From contig JAUMFK010000076.1 of the NCBI GenBank assembly GCA_032119875.1, positions 1-36,825 of the forward strand: a stretch of DNA of 36,825 nt, read 5' to 3'. Under the pieces are notes generated by a model. It saw only the letters and a program-made list of their open reading frames with translations. It did not search any database and was not told where the DNA came from. The stretch is from Rickettsiales bacterium. Lineage in GTDB: Bacteria; Pseudomonadota; Alphaproteobacteria; Rickettsiales; UBA1997. A program made the translations under genes and the position numbers. This document shows positions 12,001 to 16,538 of this stretch, piece by piece (the stretch's first letter is position 1; each line of letters begins with the position of its first letter).

Positions 12001-13351
12001 CATTAAAGAAAGCACATAAAGGTAAATCGGCAGCATTCATACAATCTTTTCTAGGAATATGTGGATTAGCAATATTTTTTACATTTGCAGTTTCTTGAGA
12101 ATTAGAATTACTAGAAAAATTTGCTAATGGTGTATTATTACACACTGGCATTACATAACCTTGATGCTTTAAAAAACAAGTAACTCCAATATCTTTAGGT
12201 AGCAATTTATCAGGATCTCTAGAATCAACACCATATAAAACTGTTTTTGAGCCAGTTTCACAAGCAGGCAAGCAATTTATGCCCGGTAATTTTAAATTTA
12301 CATCATCAATACCATTAAAATCGGCACGATCATTACAATCTGCTAAACAATTTATACCCGGTCTGCGATAATATTCTTTTGAAATAGATAAACAAGAAGG
12401 AAGCCTGCAATTATCACCCAAAACTGGATCTTCTCTAGTTTTGTTATGACAATAATCATTAGCCGATGCAAAATCGAAATCACCCGAATTGATTTTAACT
12501 CTATAGGCATTGTCTATCTTAATTTTTAACATACAAGTATTGCCTATGTCTTGCAACCCTGCCCCAGCTTTGCAAGCTTGCAAGTTACTAGCTTTACCGT
12601 TATAATTTACAAAACCGCCAGCCACAGAGCCACTGCCAGTTTTGATTTCAGGATTTCCAGCAGTAGCTACTAACAACTCTCCTGTATAATTACTTGTTGA
12701 TAAACCTGTAAATTGATTATAAGGCGGTAAATAATTAATACGATAGTCGGTTAAAATGGTATTGCCCGATTTATATTCTTTAACTAAACGTATAATTTTT
12801 TCACCTGGTGATCTTCTATAAAAACTTTCTTGTTTTTTATTTTGAAAAGTAAAAACCTGTTCTTCTGTGCAGAACAAAGGAGATCTAGTGCAATCAGAAT
12901 GTTGATTTCTAAGTGAATTATCTGTGTTTATAGAGGCATCACAATAATATTGAAGATCGTTTTTTTCTGTACTAGTAGTTGCACAACGAAAATAATCGAC
13001 ACCATTTTGATAATAAAGCTTGGTTAATTTATAACCTAATCTATCGATATTTATTACTTCAGAAGCAATTGGAGATTCTAAAGTTGTAGTTGAATCAAAA
13101 GCAGTAGGAGGACTTAAAGGAAAAGCATCTTTTCTGGGATAAGAAGCATGTTTGTAAGGAGGATTAACATCAGATAAAACTTCTTTAAAATGAAACTGCC
13201 ACAGCAATAAAATAATGCAAAAAATAGCTACACAAAATAAAAATATTTTTTTGTTGCTAAATATTTTTTTTAACCATATAAAAAACAAACTATTAACAAA
13301 AGCAGAAAAAACTTTGATGATTGCTTGTTTATATTTGGTTAAAATTAGCAT
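1..13351 (-). CDS. Giant hypothetical surface or periplasmic protein, more than 4,450 aa, C-terminus beyond the left window edge. Membrane-anchored, cysteine-rich and rich in Asn/Ser/Thr/Gly/Tyr/Asp.
   Basis: Hand translation of the minus strand from the ATG at 13351-13349 found no stop in that frame down to nt 2. An in-frame TAA lies three codons upstream of this ATG. The ORF is absent from the track only because it has no stop inside the window. All six minus-strand track ORFs inside the interval share one other frame, and no alternative ORF there exceeds 99 aa. The N-terminus is MLILTKYKQAIIKVFSAFVNSLFFIWLKKIFSNKKIFLFCVAIFCIILLLWQFHF, a basic stretch followed by one TM helix. I counted about 145 Cys by hand. 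I saw no HExxH, RTX or P-loop motif. Confidence 0.9.
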   Translation of the reverse strand, partial: MLILTKYKQAIIKVFSAFVNSLFFIWLKKIFSNKKIFLFCVAIFCIILLLWQFHFKEVLSDVNPPYKHASYPRKDAFPLSPPTAFDSTTTLESPIASEVINIDRLGYKLTKLYYQNGVDYFRCATTSTEKNDLQYYCDASINTDNSLRNQHSDCTRSPLFCTEEQVFTFQNKKQESFYRRSPGEKIIRLVKEYKSGNTILTDYRINYLPPYNQFTGLSTSNYTGELLVATAGNPEIKTGSGSVAGGFVNYNGKASNLQACKAGAGLQDIGNTCMLKIKIDNAYRVKINSGDFDFASANDYCHNKTREDPVLGDNCRLPSCLSISKEYYRRPGINCLADCNDRADFNGIDDVNLKLPGINCLPACETGSKTVLYGVDSRDPDKLLPKDIGVTCFLKHQGYVMPVCNNTPLANFSSNSNSQETANVKNIANPHIPRKDCMNAADLPLCAFFNASTIQVAEKFGCLGMVKQNVAGGSPVFVDNEYILGVAEINKTDKPTYDEDLSNSVNLKSIPIINYEPRNCNDTSLSTIGCGKPYTYSKLAQAALSIPANNYLQNVDMIQVQDALFNDTLNHDSVNEVDANSLKVKPFRNTTRNDGSGAFFVGSPAVKYKITQTLDNYYNATNKPSCSLLTKQELKFIGTRNCDLNQIWKDSTGGKNGIADTKSSTLGKNFCEGEYFCKVDTRCSMFSDEQLQEAKAFFHCLPAQYSKYEDANIKCNILNDLEILALTKTTKQVTSQATSIELDELKNYITKACFKGNLAFLIHKRIDHNIIGPAVSAGFNNDDNIPDYNKINHSVFDATVFATSPSGIDEQCNYYANRINYMFPTNPYTYTDSSGASQTISGLGGSELSGKFACYHSSQFSCRLDHYKKACYLLSNYKFKNFDIFFNGQKTITSISDTNINDRSIGCLGTGSNPKKCVVNYALNSLGSLDCFSDYANFTNTDVSGAFDANKGAIINKCDADPLLLTIFVPSAKTTINYSKTSLSYKIINSNNTSCYDCYCFSINDSDKARYVMSGGLAIDFDSSVKSICQPANSCYICYKPNFYAGLFKKSTPPDAYYPIIENEVVPPSGIPPEGSLQEVTSDMGYYQYEDPFYSWFFFPKPNTSGLDATQTVRDCGSNQKCYKAFTVDFPNSRGTSDSTKSGYLNRVIKSSVIGIRYDDKSSIGKYLDFFQYPPIYYYGHGNYGDDSEKEKYNLVSSKEGLDSGILDRVGLHSINKVASPSAVALRGSTVMGINPYGDYTYTSSFDRKLLCGMNRDTTRLPDESTFAYFAPVLVQGGRFGLKTNNVMSDTRRFAFSDTKWNSTTKKLEYYVNICLRYESTNALGACGRRECRIDNPPGMMQCGEDQCRKFMVEDPGTSIAYSKCHLLSTLADIDGKKQSVWFVNDLLKSLPQSDPLKIGKFLDEYHEYPYRRLPDDYEKCAKLYSNPDLERLEKLGKSLIPGGAIWATWDYTNHRVRAFYDQQGYVCAELDFYGIDLNTYNLHKEDMNKASYFELPNGAKICYGGRVFDNNKKDCSFAEGSFNTFADLNTRIGGMPGLPDHTVWRTVRKIKFISNISDDPNIEFLGYSVPSIAENSTRYDYRRDTNVGNLFPAKMKAKDGLITTVYDHDTRIRTIKRIDPTLDEDEIFKSHQEERNKAAEERPDNKYGLLQMSRGKKNPYYGFNGYRNDNDPTWLWLSTSFPDDLSLCGYFGVGIRKDKKDNCSFDGITFDDTTFLREDGSISSSTRPTIPILSIATLIVQSPRPSITEALYNKDFQPNNFLKEKVWLKSDCVPVQKRVGFPLISAVSTPDNAPNLFAPEPMVFALKTTSSTNPWKKATEISDIDKLNFSDPEIVLRYGDKYYYLQIPKKHASLTKCNNIEDPPTIIEGKTIYKFDDTGNERLKFMLKEIPGITNENDLIDKLNSSNGQSDTYGVNQSKNTVSTTAPSRFGDDSSFKEHHNPNLNTISGADTISNKCRGNTKPYGVVIASNLKQINASTSNTTLYAQIFVKKEQQGENPVLCVYRASMNGNLPATVEDGDLKVIACFARQQPLVNNMKLFKTAVSAGDSNAFLNHEVRFQYKYSDVSSYTDIADMFKIFTAGQTVATKYQLKDTADGLNDAKNLGFIEDHIYFEGIQISSARHYCTTLNLDCVDNEREIQKICNTEELICNRSIVQTKKDFDRLNSSINDVNYNSFIKPKDKLNIQQNLYRMLEVRNFCINTILNSCNETNGYTHGDIENYPEIKTLHPEFNNRIGLESSISNSAKDALGFNNMICLKKGVENLIVQPPQFVEQKEVTGLSYKLKGKMIGTDNYKSCPTSASCRFAEVYEYKIGVVASDDNIISGINNLCVGIGGGAINAPKLVRFCKAKLYPLQNLKYGNFVEDDLDRNSLIQQGNIKYKSLISKAPSTYSVKTDTQDYGVDISHQDRKDGQIIRGNSLTANAELDVAFVDDQGIYGVCNGFWKNKNIDNSPRYKCTASDLASTPSLTLPATPPSSACERYSCPTIEYGKSSSSDVYENQADRNGLYSNDSAYSIGLDVIKRRGWAYWQPFLKTTDFIEEVYDKSACLVGFAKDGAILNAGLFDDSVCARPQIADSIKMLTAICPNQEGSVNNVYHNTGGTLPSTQCNQFGYWRFDWGSQEFLKDYDGVIFSGNRGETVLNSCQRIKCSITDLENKFLDSTPITPIKSTPIRLIKQKCGSTSAGNQVIIAELNTQITSLYLEPIDNKYYYLKTNNLAPCKDATELHIIKIGDTAVYNIDISAIASDSDKRRFNGNDPVNAWYFKITKQSLNFIINDADLLITTKSNKSTIEHEKLLKVWSKIAGFQPDTKDTRTLIPAMRNKTIEHAQISGKKTSDGTPQQDDDDYDIEGKCLVSLGYRIIAANFDPELLCNYQGILKIKEPCISTCDAVDVSMADTEIHGYSQWAETENKIKICGDRCSPVTTKIPFSYISKSTPSCFTGKKPYPYPPFRSLEGVKFEFISNPIVSYSVSYDVASSTKSTDVYNADECTSLDGCIVEFDKANIVENVFLKKSDTATTYPLYKKDSLGAKEKFASYDILPNVKYQIKLESGYYLLVLVQPAKMTDDNRWQEYNINKRKIFTTTDCSGGNRVNCLCGHSTYPACPFDNVLDKISEGEVVEINLSSDVDPSVLKFSKNPYSTNDINISGASLGNHFVLQLVKNSAGHLQWQQINNSGVYNGLKRVLTGGVINATINNCMQSNDISGSPSIDYNCTMILTSGSPVLTKNQETEITFSSPSPSPTSGNPSDNYMINYNAKPVKKYNSQGNLITDFNHQELSGKYILRAIDEATNGVGIDYYLLINATDFLSKTASNPQDNYPLPSRTCRYGIGNVWSLPDSACQNTCPGLTQAVATDGDVEAIITDNNFDSRIGSAITEHKIDATGLGDLTANSYLNIENSSSSAVLNRDKIAVKVVNITGNQATLHIIWPELPHKHDVTLILKKSGNTYKIIQDKLVLNNPPVETDPFSALHYEKDGMKDSVILYRRCGESGKWQDPISLCPIAGPAKGGYDINSILGFVRANNIEPGSDHLPTIESIRGSTSFDFPIGFDQGLLKQSTLYDMTKISDAFYRLAEETSAPIDSIIQIPVIPDYRIIGDSNNRFGVSNNKFDVSSLDITSKNIYAYAMCNYNYVDSTPPAPANWIYYNFYNPDFGNNPSSSSAYWGTNPRYRCENSSNYLNTYKISPENPSSRCVQKCNSGIIQRIGRQGSSGANIDKRFDGSGSIENYSKVTISKAYFVSDDPYEKYKKFELHDNYNFYNGVYADQSKQIKKFAIFGAINNMSYQSNVAGLFNLFEKRAIGNYDDADSVSAQSQCNNEIGTSTTVTSNVTYGYITDGKPSSVFCWGLKREGNAPMNPSAICQVHGKWGLTNSFIGKKQEQSQIFRYTSTRTKGSQVDEHSVANGVVYEMFFQYGDLRIEKEWKKGVDDGCVMGKESMCDSLVSLFKGGSYNYDNRRLPDFADRDMIVDRRAANVCNCSGDWFGSGKFGERTYAAGINLLSASPVNLSLLGSSYFASLCSSYNSYKVLQTSSACRGFYSNKTVDGDQILYENCSQQSSSHGHGGAAGSTNCNNGQGGFAAGVDKNLKIIMWGCPDNYDNYDYNSRTCRKTGVATIIRSGYAPAPTGRICSSSPYTLPTQMMLVGSSNTQVTLYEGSATEVQCKNNYDPASGVLSCDGSGSTPQYVNTLTCRPKNCGNGLVTNFCSREKILGCSLSLETHDGTHTGTCEGDRRSANEIICDSGNVRYRNDPSNPFSPDKLCGIACTYSSSADGFNIVVASEKMRHQDVFYQLQCRSGYTIHSNDFSSDLSVTCDQASGIIYTNNRCISSNYCILPVDNLNYNIATTNCNQPGIFCKKDDGSNIDSIFISQDDSNIVNVNCPTGSTGSKLYKCTTQSSFGSPPSLYDNLCSTNTCAAPSATVGYTLPSRFTYSYTGSTPLSISGASCDTGYSGT

Positions 13352-13379
13352 AGATGTTTATTTATTAACCTAAAAAACT

Positions 13380-14771
13380 TCATTTTGCCACCTCAATAAC
13401 ATTAGCAACTAATTTGCAAAAATAATCACCGCGATGCTCAAAGTTTTGCCATTGATCTAGCGAAGCACAAGCTGGAGAAAGTAAAATATTTGCCAGCTCA
13501 TTATTATTTTGTTTAGCATCGGCATAAGCAGTATTAAAAGCAGTTTCAAGATTGTGGCAAATTACAAAATTTACTTTATGCTTTTGTAAAACCAAAGCAA
13601 AATCATAAGCAGATTCGCCAATTAAATAGGCTTTGTTAATTTTAGTAAAATATTCAACCAAGCTATCTATTCCGCCTTCTTTAGCTTTTCCGCCTAAAAT
13701 CCAAAAAATATTATTGTAGGCAGAAAGTGCATGTTTTGTAGAATCGGCATTAGTTGCCTTGCTATCGTTAATAAAGCAAATATTATTTTGTTTCGCCACA
13801 ATTTGTAAGCGATGCTTCAAGCCAGTGAACTGCAAAATAGCATTAATTATTGCTTCAATTATTTTGTTGTTTAATTGATGTTTAGTTAAAAAATAGCAAA
13901 ATAAATTTGCAAAAGCAACCACAATATTTTGCTCATTGTGTTTGCCTCTTAAAAACTCTGATTGCATTTTTTTACAATAACTATAACCCATAAAATTAAT
14001 CGATAAAATACCATCAACCAAGCTAATACCATTTTGCAAAACTTGATTATTTGAAACTGGCAATAATCTGCTTGCAAAATTCCAGTCAGCAATAATATTT
14101 GCATTAATTTTATTGTCAATACTTATTATTGCATAATCGCACGGTAATTGATTAGTAAAAATTCGTTTTTTTGAGGCAATATAATTTTGAAAACTTGAGT
14201 GTCTATCGAGATGATCAGGAGTAATATTTAATAAAGAGGCAATATGAAACCTAGTATATTTAATTAAATCGAGCTGAAAAGAAGAAATTTCAAAAATATA
14301 ATGATGATTTTGTTGTTGTTGCGGTAAAGAAAAACAAGAAAAACCTAAATTTCCACCCACCGAATAATTTATGTGCAGTTTTTCAAAAATAAAAGCCACC
14401 AAAGAAGTAGTGGTTGATTTACCATTTGTGCCAGTAATGCCGATAAATTGATTATAAAAATTATTTAACAAAAAAAACAATTCTATGTCGCCTAAAAGAT
14501 GTGAACCAAATCTTTGGCATAAATCAATAATTTTATGTTGTGTAGGATAATAAAGAGGAATACCCGGAGCAAAAACTACCGCTGTTTTGCTATCAAAAAT
14601 AAAATTATCAAGATTAGTTAAAAAATTAATTTTTGGATAAGCCGAAGCTAATTCTTCTATTTTTTGTGAGTTATCATCGATAGCAAAAACTAAACAATTA
14701 TTATCATTTAAATATTTGGCAGTTGCTAAACCAGATTTACCCAAGCCATAAACTAAATATTTATCAAACAT
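13380..14771 (-). CDS. murD: UDP-N-acetylmuramoylalanine--D-glutamate ligase
   Basis: 463-aa track ORF. It has the N-terminal GLGKSG motif and the Mur-ligase P-loop GITGTNGKSTT. The stop codon is TGA. Confidence 0.93.
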   Translation of the reverse strand: MFDKYLVYGLGKSGLATAKYLNDNNCLVFAIDDNSQKIEELASAYPKINFLTNLDNFIFDSKTAVVFAPGIPLYYPTQHKIIDLCQRFGSHLLGDIELFFLLNNFYNQFIGITGTNGKSTTTSLVAFIFEKLHINYSVGGNLGFSCFSLPQQQQNHHYIFEISSFQLDLIKYTRFHIASLLNITPDHLDRHSSFQNYIASKKRIFTNQLPCDYAIISIDNKINANIIADWNFASRLLPVSNNQVLQNGISLVDGILSINFMGYSYCKKMQSEFLRGKHNEQNIVVAFANLFCYFLTKHQLNNKIIEAIINAILQFTGLKHRLQIVAKQNNICFINDSKATNADSTKHALSAYNNIFWILGGKAKEGGIDSLVEYFTKINKAYLIGESAYDFALVLQKHKVNFVICHNLETAFNTAYADAKQNNNELANILLSPACASLDQWQNFEHRGDYFCKLVANVIEVAK

Positions 14772-14786
14772 TTTTCATAAAAAAAT

Positions 14787-14879
14787 TGGCGGATGAAGAG
14801 AGATTCGAACTCTCGATAGAGTTTTTGGCCCTATACACACTTTCCAGGCGTGCGCCTTCGACCACTCGGCCATTCATCC
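14787..14879 (-). tRNA. tRNA-Ser (anticodon GGA), 3' CCA encoded
   Basis: The reverse complement folds as a cloverleaf. Acceptor stem is GGATGAA/TTCATCC. Anticodon stem is CACGC/GTGTG with loop CTGGAAA. It has a long variable arm, T-arm GAGAG-TTCGAAT-CTCTC, and ends GCCA. Confidence 0.9.
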
Positions 14880-14939
14880 AAAAAAAAATCCAATTTTATA
14901 TCAAAATATTAACGAAAATTTTTTGATATAAAATTGGAT
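14880..14939 (-). terminator. Rho-independent terminator after the cyclophilin gene
   Basis: Perfect 19-bp inverted repeat, ATCCAATTTTATATCAAAA (14888-14906) and TTTTGATATAAAATTGGAT (14921-14939), with a 14-nt loop. On the minus strand it is followed by a run of eight T (14887-14880). Confidence 0.7.
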
Positions 14940-14952
14940 GATAGCAAGATTT

Positions 14953-15504
14953 TTATTTTACATCAGAAGCAATTCTTACTTTTAGCATTTTATCAGGATC
15001 AGAAACCTGACCATTATTAGCTGGATTGCCTTTTTTAATTTTATCAACAATCTCAATACCAGAAACAACTTTACCCCATACAGTATATTGACCATCAAGA
15101 AAATTAGAATCTTTGGTTACAATAAAAAATTGACTATTTGCACTATTTGGTGATTGAGCCCTTGCCATAGAAACAGCACCTCTAACATGAGGTTGTTTAG
15201 AAAATTCTGCTGTAAGATCGTTTAATTTACTACCGCCCATTCCAGTGCCGGTAGGATCGCCAGTTTGAACCATAAAACCATCGATAACTCTATGAAAAAC
15301 AATGCCATCATAAAATTTTTGACGAGTTAATGTTTTTATTCTTTCTACATGCTTTGGAGCGATATCTGGAAGCATTTCAATAACTACTCTACCATCTTTT
15401 AAATCAATATAAAGAGTGTTTTCTAAATTAGCTGCATTAACATTAGACATAAGAAAGAAAATTTGAGTTATTGTAAAAAATAATAATTTGATATTTTTAA
15501 ACAT
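14953..15504 (-). CDS. Cyclophilin-type peptidyl-prolyl cis-trans isomerase with signal peptide (periplasmic)
   Basis: Carries the FHRVIDGFMVQTGDPTGTGMGG cyclophilin motif. I chose the start at the internal Met (MFKNIKLLFFTITQIFFLMSNVNA/ANLE, signal-peptide-like) because the track ORF 14953-15717 reads through two tRNA genes. Confidence 0.85.
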   Translation of the reverse strand: MFKNIKLLFFTITQIFFLMSNVNAANLENTLYIDLKDGRVVIEMLPDIAPKHVERIKTLTRQKFYDGIVFHRVIDGFMVQTGDPTGTGMGGSKLNDLTAEFSKQPHVRGAVSMARAQSPNSANSQFFIVTKDSNFLDGQYTVWGKVVSGIEIVDKIKKGNPANNGQVSDPDKMLKVRIASDVK

Positions 15505-15533
15505 ATAATTAAAAAGTAAAATTATTTTAAAGG

Positions 15534-15619
15534 TGGTGGAGGGAGCAGGATTTGAACCTGCGAACGCTAACGCGGGCAGATTTACAGTCTGCTGCCATTG
15601 ACCACTCGGCCATCCCTCC
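15534..15619 (-). tRNA. tRNA-Tyr (anticodon GTA), CCA encoded
   Basis: The reverse complement is GGAGGGATGGCCGAGTGGTCAATGGCAGCAGACTGTAAATCTGC... Anticodon loop is CTGTAAA. It has a long variable arm, T-arm GCAGG-TTCAAAT-CCTGC and acceptor 3' strand TCCCTCC-A-CCA. Confidence 0.9.
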
Positions 15620-15639
15620 GCTAAAAAACAAAAAATAAA

Positions 15640-15713
15640 TGGAGCGGGTGAAGGGAATTGAACCCTCACGGCCAGCTTGGAAGGCTGGAACTCTACCATT
15701 GAGCTACACCCGC
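15640..15713 (-). tRNA. tRNA-Gly (anticodon TCC), CCA encoded
   Basis: The reverse complement is GCGGGTGTAGCTCAATGGTAGAGTTCCAGCCTTCCAAGCTGG... Anticodon stem is CCAGC/GCTGG with loop CTTCCAA. The T-loop is TTCAATT and the acceptor stem is GCGGGTG/CACCCGC. Confidence 0.9.
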
Positions 15714-15869
15714 TCAAAAAATATAATGTTATTTAAAGTTATTTGTTTTATTTTCGTTTAAAAAATAAACAATCGCAAATATCTTAAATGTCCTTTTTCA
15801 TTTTGCAACTACTTTTATTGAGATTTTTAATATTTTTATAAAAATAAAAGAATAATTTTGAAAAAATTA

Positions 15870-15898
15870 TTGACAATTAAAAATATTGTTTTTAAAAT
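15870..15898 (+). promoter_or_regulatory. Sigma-70-like promoter for the 16002 gene
   Basis: Perfect -35 TTGACA (15870-15875), an exact 17-nt spacer, and -10 TAAAAT (15893-15898), about 100 nt upstream of the ATG at 16002. The same TTGnnA-17-TAAAAT layout recurs at 21970-21998 upstream of tRNA-Lys. Confidence 0.45.
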
Positions 15899-16001
15899 GT
15901 TTTGCAAGATTAAATTTAGCAGATCTTTATCATTAAATAAAGTTCCTAGCGAGTTGAAGTCGTTTAAACAATAAAAAAACAATAAATACTAATAATAAAT
16001 T

Positions 16002-16373
16002 ATGAAAAAGTTTTCATTCTTTGCCGTTTTAGTTGCTTTACTTGCAACTTCTGCTATCGCTCAAGTTCCACCTACTGCTCCAGTAAAAGGTAATGTTCCA
16101 GCTACTGCTCCAACTCCAGCAAAAGTTGCTGCTCCAGTTCCAGCTACTGCTCAAGTTCCAGCTAATACTCAAGGAAAAGTTGCGGCTCCAGTTCAAGTAA
16201 AAGATACTCCTCCAGCTCAAGTAAAAGATACTGCTCAAGTTCCAGCTAATGCTCCAGCTGTCGATTCAGCTAAGCCTGAAAAAAAAGTAGTTAAAAAAGC
16301 TAAAAAAGCTAAAAAAGCTCCTGAAAAAAAACCAGAAACTACTAATGCAGTTGAAACTCCAGCTCAAAACTAA
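16002..16373 (+). CDS. Small secreted Ala/Pro/Val-rich repeat protein with a Lys-rich C-terminal tail
   Basis: Signal peptide MKKFSFFAVLVALLATSAIA/Q with an AxA cleavage site. In-frame repeats: QVKDTPPA/QVKDTAQV, and a perfect 21-nt repeat ACTGCTCAAGTTCCAGCTAAT at 16146 and 16230. The tail reads KKVVKKAKKAKKAPEKKP. The gene is bracketed by a promoter-like site and a hairpin. Confidence 0.75.
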   Translation: MKKFSFFAVLVALLATSAIAQVPPTAPVKGNVPATAPTPAKVAAPVPATAQVPANTQGKVAAPVQVKDTPPAQVKDTAQVPANAPAVDSAKPEKKVVKKAKKAKKAPEKKPETTNAVETPAQN

Positions 16374-16389
16374 TAGTTTTTAGCACTCT

Positions 16390-16432
16390 AAACAAACATA
16401 ATACCAAAAAATATTATGTTTGTTTAGTTTTT
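16390..16432 (+). terminator. Rho-independent terminator-like hairpin
   Basis: Perfect 14-bp inverted repeat, AAACAAACATAATA (16390-16403) and TATTATGTTTGTTT (16412-16425), with an 8-nt loop, followed by AGTTTTT. The stem is all A/T-rich, so its stability is modest. Confidence 0.6.
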
Positions 16433-16433
16433 A

Positions 16434-16508
16434 GCCGAATTAGCTCAGTGGTAGAGCAACTGTCTTGTAAACAGTAGGTCGTCAGTTCAAATCCGACATT
16501 CGGCACCA
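16434..16508 (+). tRNA. tRNA-Thr (anticodon TGT), CCA encoded
   Basis: GCCGAAT-TA-GCTCAGTGGTAGAGC-A-ACTGT-CTTGTAA-ACAGT... ATTCGGC-A-CCA. The T-stem has one A.C mismatch. Confidence 0.88.
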
Positions 16509-16538
16509 TATTTTTAGCTTATCAACACCAAAAAAAAT

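Noticed and set aside
564-12098. Track ORFs inside the giant gene. Plus strand: 564-863, 4881-5141, 7239-7532, 7893-8081, 8726-8920, 9007-9201, 11883-12098. Minus strand: 1111-1314, 2017-2199, 4486-4683, 7423-7629, 8263-8481, 8653-8871.
   Set aside because: All are 60-99 aa with low-complexity or hydrophobic nonsense sequence, and they lie antisense to or out of frame with the 13.35-kb ORF. They are shadow ORFs.
1-13351. A 13-kb stretch with only short track ORFs. I considered non-coding DNA, a pseudogene graveyard, or an alternative genetic code.
   Set aside because: One minus-strand frame is completely open under the standard code from the ATG at 13351 to the window edge. The neighbouring genes use TAA and TGA as stops (murD ends in TGA), so no recoding is needed. 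The ORF is missing from the track only because it lacks a stop inside the window.
1-13351. Known giant-protein signatures in the large ORF: RTX GGxGxD nonapeptides, HExxH metalloprotease, YD/RHS repeats, autotransporter passenger repeats, P-loops.
   Set aside because: I did not find any of them while reading the hand translation. A single GASLG (GxSxG-like) word is expected by chance in more than 4,000 residues. A profile search is still needed.
14723-14926. 67-aa plus-strand track ORF.
   Set aside because: It overlaps the murD start, lies antisense to tRNA-Ser and covers the terminator hairpin. It has no coding features.
14953-15717. The 254-aa track ORF, which extends the cyclophilin gene upstream.
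   Set aside because: The first 71 codons run straight through tRNA-Tyr (15534-15619) and tRNA-Gly (15640-15713). The internal Met at 15504 gives a proper signal peptide and a normal cyclophilin length.
16038-16238. 66-aa minus-strand ORF, and the direct repeats in 16146-16250. I considered these as a possible repeat element or mini-array.
   Set aside because: The repeats are in-frame coding repeats of the secreted Ala/Pro-rich protein. The antisense ORF is a by-product of the repetitive low-complexity sequence.
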